A stretch of DNA of 15,748 nt from a virus (lineage: Duplodnaviria > Heunggongvirae > Uroviricota > Caudoviricetes), in IMG/VR virus record IMGVR_UViG_2651869748_000011; one strand, given 5' to 3'. Of this stretch, positions 9,437 to 14,148 are shown one piece after another; position 1 is the stretch's first letter, and every line of letters starts with the position of its first letter. The notes below the pieces were generated by a model. That model saw only the letters and a list, made by a program, of their open reading frames with translations. It had not been told where the DNA came from and made no database searches. A program made the position numbers and the translations under genes.

Positions 9437-10323
9437 TGCCGCTGCTGGATAAGCTGCGTGAGCAGTACGGGGTCGGACCGCTATGCAGCGAACTGCATAT
9501 TGCCCCGTCAACGTATTACCACTGTCAGCAACAGCGACATCATCCGGATAAACGCAGTGCCCGTGCGCAGCGCGATGACTGGCTGAAGAAAGAGATACAG
9601 CGCGTATACGATGAAAATCACAAGGTATACGGTGTGCGTAAAGTCTGGCGTCAGTTGTTACGGGAAGGAATCAGAGTGGCCAGATGCACTGTGGCACGTC
9701 TCATGGCGGTTATGGGACTTGCCGGTGTTCTCCGGGGTAAAAAGGTCCGCACTACCGTCAGCCGGAAAGCCGTTGCCGCATGCGACCGCGTAAACCGTCA
9801 GTTCGTGGCAGAACGTCCAGACCAGTTGTGGGTGGCTGATTTTACCTGGGTAAGCACATGGCAGGGCTTCGTTTATGTGGCGTTCATCATTGATGTGTTC
9901 GCCGGATACATCGTGGGATGGCAGGTCTCATCATCCATGGAAACAACATTCGTGCTGGATGCACTGGAGCAGGCGTTGTGGGCCCGTCGGCCGTCCGGCA
10001 CAATCCATCACAGTGATAAAGGTTCTCAGTATGTATCGCTGGCCTACACGCAGCGGCTTAAGGAAGCCGGATTACTGGCATCAACAGGGAGTACTGGCGA
10101 CTCGTATGACAACGCGATGGCGGAGAGCATCAATGGTCTTTACAAAGCGGAGGTAATACACCGTAAGAGCTGGAAAAACCGTGCAGAAGTGGAACTGGCC
10201 ACACTCACGTGGGTGGACTGGTATAACAATCGACGATTGCTGGAAAGGCTGGGCCATACTCCCCCGGCAGAAGCAGAAAAAGCTTATTATGCTTCCATCG
10301 GAAACGATGATCTGGCAGCCTGA
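9436..10323 (+). CDS. IS629-like transposase OrfB (DDE / rve catalytic domain)
   Basis: The 295-aa ORF is in the -1 frame relative to orfA (TAATG overlap). DDE-type motifs are present: WVADFTWV, HHSDKGSQY and DNAMAESINGLYK. Confidence 0.95.
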   Translation: MPLLDKLREQYGVGPLCSELHIAPSTYYHCQQQRHHPDKRSARAQRDDWLKKEIQRVYDENHKVYGVRKVWRQLLREGIRVARCTVARLMAVMGLAGVLRGKKVRTTVSRKAVAACDRVNRQFVAERPDQLWVADFTWVSTWQGFVYVAFIIDVFAGYIVGWQVSSSMETTFVLDALEQALWARRPSGTIHHSDKGSQYVSLAYTQRLKEAGLLASTGSTGDSYDNAMAESINGLYKAEVIHRKSWKNRAEVELATLTWVDWYNNRRLLERLGHTPPAEAEKAYYASIGNDDLAA

Positions 10324-10365
10324 GTTCACAGATAAAACACTCTCCAGGAAACCCGGGGCGGTTCA

Positions 10366-10554
10366 CTGCGTGTGTGGGTTCGTCAGCATGAGCGGGATAC
10401 CGGGAGTGGTGATGGTGGACTCACCACCGCTGAACGTCAGCGTCTGAAAGAGCTGGAACGTGAAAATCGTGAACTGCGCCGCAGTAACGATATCCTTCGC
10501 CAGGCTTCCGCTTATTTTGCGAAGGCGGAGTTCGACCGCCTCTGGAAAAAATAA
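10366..10554 (+). pseudogene. Truncated orfA remnant of the second IS629-like copy
   Basis: The in-frame remnant [62 protein letters not shown] corresponds to residues 47-108 of OrfA. The native start, RBS and HTH are absent. Confidence 0.8.
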
Positions 10555-11441
10555 TGCCGCTGCTGGATAAGCTGCGTGAGCAGTACGGGGTCGGACCGGT
10601 ATGCAGTGAACTGCATATTGCCCCGTCAACGTATTACCACTGTCAGCAACAGCGACATCATCCTGATAAACGCAGTGCCCGTGCTCAGCGCGATGACTGG
10701 CTGAAGAGAGAGATACAGCGCGTATACGATGAAAATCACAAGGTATACGGTGTGCGTAAAGTCTGGCGCCAGTTGTTACGCGAAGGTATCAGGGTGGCCA
10801 GATGTACAGTGGCGCGCCTCATGGCGGTTATGGGACTTGCCGGTGTTCTCCGGGGTAAAAAGGTCCGTACTACCGTCAGCCGGAAAGCCGTTTCCGCAGG
10901 CGACCGCGTAAACCGTCAGTTCGTGGCAGAACGTCCTGACCAGCTGTGGGTGGCTGATTTTACTTACGTCAGCACATGGCAGGGCTTCGTCTATGTGGCG
11001 TTCATCATTGATGTGTTTGCCGGATGTATCGTGGGGTGGCGAGTCTCATCGTCTATGGAAACGACATTCGTGCTGGATGCACTGGAGCAGGCGTTGTGGG
11101 CCCGTCGGCCGTCCGGCACAGTCCATCACAGTGATAAAGGTTCTCAGTATGTATCACTGGCCTATACGGAGCGACTAAAAGAAGCAAAACTGCTGGCATC
11201 AACAGGGAGTACAGGTGACTCGTATGACAACGCGATGGCGGAGAGCATCAATGGTCTTTACAAAGCGGAGGTAATACACCGTAAGAGCTGGAAAAACCGT
11301 GCAGAAGTGGAACTGGCCACACTCACGTGGGTGGACTGGTATAACAATCGACGATTGCTGGGAAGGCTGGGTCATATCCCTCCGGCAGAAGCAGAAAAAG
11401 CTTATTATGCTTCCATCAGAAACGATGATCTGGCAGCCTGA
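10554..11441 (+). CDS. IS629-like transposase OrfB (second copy, intact ORF)
   Basis: The 295-aa ORF is about 96% identical to 9436-10323 and keeps the DDE motifs. It probably cannot be made as an OrfAB fusion because orfA is truncated. Confidence 0.85.
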   Translation: MPLLDKLREQYGVGPVCSELHIAPSTYYHCQQQRHHPDKRSARAQRDDWLKREIQRVYDENHKVYGVRKVWRQLLREGIRVARCTVARLMAVMGLAGVLRGKKVRTTVSRKAVSAGDRVNRQFVAERPDQLWVADFTYVSTWQGFVYVAFIIDVFAGCIVGWRVSSSMETTFVLDALEQALWARRPSGTVHHSDKGSQYVSLAYTERLKEAKLLASTGSTGDSYDNAMAESINGLYKAEVIHRKSWKNRAEVELATLTWVDWYNNRRLLGRLGHIPPAEAEKAYYASIRNDDLAA

Positions 11442-11713
11442 GTTCACAGATAAAACACTCTCCAGGAAAACCGGGGCGGTTCAAATAACATTGTGCGTAC
11501 TCCTCTTGAGAAGGTGAGAACTATCGGTATCGCAGACACAGTTATGCCTACGGGTCTCCCCGCATCGGTCATTCTCAAAAGGTTTAAAATAGGGTTAGGT
11601 TTGATCACTCTGAACGATCAATCGAAGACATTACGATTGGAACAAACGATCAATAGGTATGTGGTTATTTGCTAAGCTGCGACAACCTTTACAAAGACAC
11701 TCAGGAATGTTTC

Positions 11714-12022
11714 ATGCCCAAATTAGCTATTAGCTTATTACTTTACTTGGCCTGCTTTTATGCAGTTGGATATGGCGCTGGATATATAACAGGTGGAATA
11801 ACTTGGCACACACTGTATATGCTTGAACGTATAATTACCGTAGCCCTACTTGCATTCATTCCAGTGTTTATCTTTGCGGCTTTATTAAATGCATCCAAAA
11901 GACAAGGAATAATAAAATCACTTTCTGTCTCAGCGATTAATTTAATCCCTTCGGCTATCGCATTACTTATAGGATTTACTGACGCAGTGACCAGAAAGTT
12001 TCTTACTTATTTTCTCGGTTAA
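11714..12022 (+). CDS. Small integral membrane protein (102 aa, about 3-4 TM helices), unknown function
   Basis: The translation is MPKLAISLLLYLACFYAVGYGAGYITGGITWHTLYMLERIITVALLAFIPVFIFAALLNASKRQGIIKSLSVSAINLIPSAIALLIGF... The RBS AGGAA lies 7 nt upstream. The gene is AT-rich relative to its neighbours. It is convergent with the minus-strand operon and overlaps it by 20 nt. Confidence 0.6.
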   Translation: MPKLAISLLLYLACFYAVGYGAGYITGGITWHTLYMLERIITVALLAFIPVFIFAALLNASKRQGIIKSLSVSAINLIPSAIALLIGFTDAVTRKFLTYFLG

Positions 12023-12194
12023 CTGACATATTGCGAATGACCAACTGTTCTATTAGCTCATTACGAGAATAAAATGGTCGGTCATTCGTAGCCGCTTTAT
12101 CCACGCCAAGCATCGACAATAGAATAGAAGTGGGAAGCCCCCGGTAACGCAGGGTCAAACGGCCTTCGGGAGTGCGTGGGTCAATCATAGCCAT
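12003..12194 (-). CDS. Hypothetical small protein (63 aa) downstream of the KilA-N gene
   Basis: The translation is MAMIDPRTPEGRLTLRYRGLPTSILLSMLGVDKAATNDRPFYSRNELIEQLVIRNMSVNRENK. GGAG lies 9 nt upstream of the ATG at 12194. The ORF-track start at 12209 is a GTG inside the KilA-N gene. The helix-extended-helix-like segment is only a guess. Confidence 0.45.
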   Translation of the reverse strand: MAMIDPRTPEGRLTLRYRGLPTSILLSMLGVDKAATNDRPFYSRNELIEQLVIRNMSVNRENK

Positions 12195-12196
12195 TG

Positions 12197-12682
12197 TTAA
12201 AGTCTCCACTCACAGCGACCGACACGTAGCTCCTCAAACTCCTCTTTCGAGACGAGTTGTCCAGCCCTGTAGTGCGATACCGTGTGCTTCTTAATGAATG
12301 CCTTAGAGTCCGGCGTGATGTCGTCCGAAGATGCTACAGCGGCCTGTACGCTGGCACTGGAGGTCATAGACACAAAGGCATCCGCTACAGCTATTCCGTA
12401 CTCAAAGTCCAGCCACTCGCCAAACTTGACGGCGGACGTGGGGTCAGCAAGCCATGACGTACCGAGGCGACCCATATCAACTTTCTTTATGCGGCGGTTT
12501 TTCTGCCCCATAAGATAGCGCCCGACTTTGGTCTGAGCGAAACGCTTAACCATTGTCTTCTCGGTGTCTTCTACCTTACCAATCTGAATACCGACCCGGC
12601 GAATTTCATCCAATCGGAACAATCCGTCTTGACTGGTGAGGTCCTGACCGAAGATATGGATAGTGTATTCTTGTTGAGACAT
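12197..12682 (-). CDS. KilA-N domain-containing protein (161 aa)
   Basis: The RBS is AAGGAG, 9 nt upstream. The segment ...RLGTSWLADPTSAVKFGEWLDFEYGIAV... matches the conserved GTW(v/l)hp..a..fa.WlsPef core of the KilA-N (PF04383-like) DNA-binding domain, from memory. Confidence 0.65.
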   Translation of the reverse strand: MSQQEYTIHIFGQDLTSQDGLFRLDEIRRVGIQIGKVEDTEKTMVKRFAQTKVGRYLMGQKNRRIKKVDMGRLGTSWLADPTSAVKFGEWLDFEYGIAVADAFVSMTSSASVQAAVASSDDITPDSKAFIKKHTVSHYRAGQLVSKEEFEELRVGRCEWRL

Positions 12683-12905
12683 ATCGTTGTACTCCTTTTA
12701 TCTGCATCCTGAAGCCGCATCCTGCCGCCTACTCAAAGCCCCCAACGATAGGGAGACGGCAGGCAACAAGACGCAGATAGAATGACTTTGAGATTTGATG
12801 ATTAGTGTCGGCGGTGGCACTTATTTAAAACGAAAGGACAACAGCATATTTCCGCATGACTTGACGCATCAAGGCCAGAGGCAGAAATAAGTATTTGCTC
12901 GGTGT

Positions 12906-12928
12906 CGTTCCTAAGGTGATAGTTTAGT
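12906..12928 (-). promoter_or_regulatory. Second, degenerate T7-family phage-RNAP promoter-like sequence (predicted +1 G at 12911)
   Basis: The minus strand reads ACTAAACTATCACCTTAGGAACG. Positions -17..-5 are identical to the element at 13470-13458. The sequence differs from it at -4, -3, +3, +5 and +6. It lies between the 60-aa ORF stop and the KilA-N leader. Confidence 0.4.
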
Positions 12929-13110
12929 CAAACAGTAATGAACTTCGGAGAACTTGACTCGAAAGTGTTCAGGACTTCCAGTGAGACCCGAAGTATGGAG
13001 ATCATATTATAGCGACCATAGTTTACTTCGGACTGACAGGACTGGAGGCTGGACTTAAAGTTCTTCTTATTGGAATTGTGATAACACAATCCATAACAAG
13101 ATAAACTCAT
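12928..13110 (-). CDS. Hypothetical small protein (60 aa)
   Basis: The ATG at 13110 is preceded by TGAGGAGACC. The translation is MSLSCYGLCYHNSNKKNFKSSLQSCQSEVNYGRYNMISILRVSLEVLNTFESSSPKFITV. The stop TGA overlaps the -17 end of the second promoter-like element. I recognise no family, so coding status is uncertain. Confidence 0.35.
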   Translation of the reverse strand: MSLSCYGLCYHNSNKKNFKSSLQSCQSEVNYGRYNMISILRVSLEVLNTFESSSPKFITV

Positions 13111-13447
13111 GGTCTCCTCAAGCCTGCTGGTCAAGACTCAAAGCTCCAACCTCAGACACCACCACTGGTCTAACCTCTTTGAGTTTCCGCCTGTCCACAA
13201 ATGGATGGCAGACCTCAGCAATGATGTCTTGGTTCTTCAGTTATCCGCGCAGCGATTATCACAGAGCCAACTTAAAGTCGGATGTGGTCTTCTGCTCCCC
13301 GCCTGTCAAAAGGGAAGATAACCTACGTTAAAAGAGAATGGTCTCAGGCCAAGGTGATTTAACACTAGGCGTCTGCGGATGGTTTCCAATCGGTCCGCTA
13401 CCGGAAGCCTGAGACTATATGAATGTGTGGGTCGGTGACTTAGGGCC

Positions 13448-13470
13448 TCTCCCTATAGTGATAGTTTAGT
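13448..13470 (-). promoter_or_regulatory. T7-family single-subunit RNAP promoter-like sequence, K1F-type specificity block (predicted +1 G at 13453)
   Basis: The minus strand reads ACTAAACTATCACTATAGGGAGA. Positions -8..+6 (TCACTATAGGGAGA) are identical to the T7 consensus TAATACGACTCACTATAGGGAGA. Positions -12..-8 (ACTAT) match the K1F-type promoter, as I recall it. The element is intergenic, 18 nt after the DUF4145 stop. Confidence 0.65.
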
Positions 13471-13488
13471 CCCCCTTCCCCGTCAGCC

Positions 13489-14148
13489 CTACTCGTTAGC
13501 GGCCTGTTGCTGTTCCCTCGCTTTCCGGTCCCGGTCTTCAATGCCCTTAAGCGCCCGTTCCGGCATACTGTTAAACATGGCTTCGACTTCTTTCGGTCGA
13601 GTAATCTGCTCAGTGACAATAATGTTCAGCAGCTTAAAGAGACCATGCGCCAACTGAGGGTCGTCATCAATGTTAATTTCACCCGGATGTACCGCCTGAT
13701 TGCCAACAATACGACAGATGTCAGCAGCTCGCTGGACCAGTGGAGACAGCCCTTTAGCTACAAGGGACTTAATGTCCGTGTCGATATGCTTCCCCGGCTC
13801 ACCGAGATGGACCATCAGCTTTTGAAGACTTAAGCGCAGGAGTGCGGCAGCGCCCTTAGGTGACAGATTAATGATGCTTCTGGCTTCCATGTAGTCGGAC
13901 TTACAGTCTTCTGGCATGTCAGGATTAGGCAGCTCAACACTACCAGCCGCAGGAATCATCATATTGCCTTTATACCAATAAGCATTTTCATAGCAATGTT
14001 GACAATATGATAAGTGGAAATCAGTTTCCATATAAGTAGAATGAGGCGCAACTCCCACCATTGACCGCCAGCTTTGCTTGGAATAAACACCACAGTGCGG
14101 GCAATTAAAAGCTTTACCATCAAACACCGCCGGATAATACTCAGCCAT
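13489..14148 (-). CDS. Zinc-ribbon plus DUF4145 domain protein (219 aa), candidate phage-defence/abortive-infection cargo
   Basis: The N-terminus has CPHCG...CQHC (a zinc ribbon). The C-terminal segment [18 protein letters not shown]...[31 protein letters not shown] fits the DUF4145 signature (L..I..L...g.l....lR..GN.aaH), from memory. The start ATG overlaps the integrase stop (ATGGCTGA). Confidence 0.7.
   Translation of the reverse strand: MAEYYPAVFDGKAFNCPHCGVYSKQSWRSMVGVAPHSTYMETDFHLSYCQHCYENAYWYKGNMMIPAAGSVELPNPDMPEDCKSDYMEARSIINLSPKGAAALLRLSLQKLMVHLGEPGKHIDTDIKSLVAKGLSPLVQRAADICRIVGNQAVHPGEINIDDDPQLAHGLFKLLNIIVTEQITRPKEVEAMFNSMPERALKGIEDRDRKAREQQQAANE

Larger units (their letters stand above)
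9056..10365 (+). mobile_element. Complete IS629-like insertion sequence (IS3 family), 1310 bp
   Basis: IRL is TGAACCGCCCCGGGAATCCTGGAGA at 9056. IRR is TCTCCAGGAAACCCGGGGCGGTTCA, ending at 10365 (22/25 inverted match). orfA and orfB are in 0/-1 frames. The length and ends match IS629/IS1203, from memory. Confidence 0.95.
10366..11483 (+). mobile_element. Second IS629-like copy, 5'-truncated (lacks IS nt 1-192, including IRL and the orfA start)
   Basis: The sequence starts at the equivalent of nt 193 (compare 9248 in copy 1), directly after the IRR of copy 1. It ends with an IRR (..CTCCAGGAAAACCGGGGCGGTTCA) at 11483. Its length is 1118 bp, which equals 1310 minus 192. OrfB differs from copy 1 at 13 of 295 residues. 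Confidence 0.9.

Noticed and set aside
11517-11538. A plus-strand AACTATCGGTATCGCAGACA that shares AACTATC with the promoter-like elements.
   Set aside because: Only the 7-mer matches. The -6..+6 region, essential for T7-family promoters, is unrelated.
11493-11675. A 60-aa plus-strand ORF starting right after the IS629 IRR.
   Set aside because: It has a GTG start with no RBS and no recognisable features. The region is better explained as the regulatory or intergenic sequence of the membrane-protein gene, or as the minus-strand leader.
12748-12756. A plus-strand ATAGGGAGA resembling the initiation half of a T7-type promoter, pointing opposite to the operon.
   Set aside because: The upstream recognition half (-17..-5) does not match T7, T3, SP6 or K1F-type elements (CCCCCAACG instead of AACTATCAC). 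It is most likely just part of the hairpin loop. It is mentioned under the hairpin finding only.
13187-13307. A 9-nt direct repeat CCGCCTGTC (13187-13195 and 13299-13307) in the leader region, considered as a possible regulator binding site.
   Set aside because: About one exact 9-mer repeat is expected by chance within an 800-bp stretch. There is no further symmetry or spacing logic.
13109-13321. A 70-aa plus-strand ORF (MVSSSLLVKTQSSNLRHHHW...) inside the ORF-poor region.
   Set aside because: It has no convincing RBS and its composition is low-complexity. It lies antisense to the predicted phage-promoter transcript. I treat the region as non-coding on this strand.
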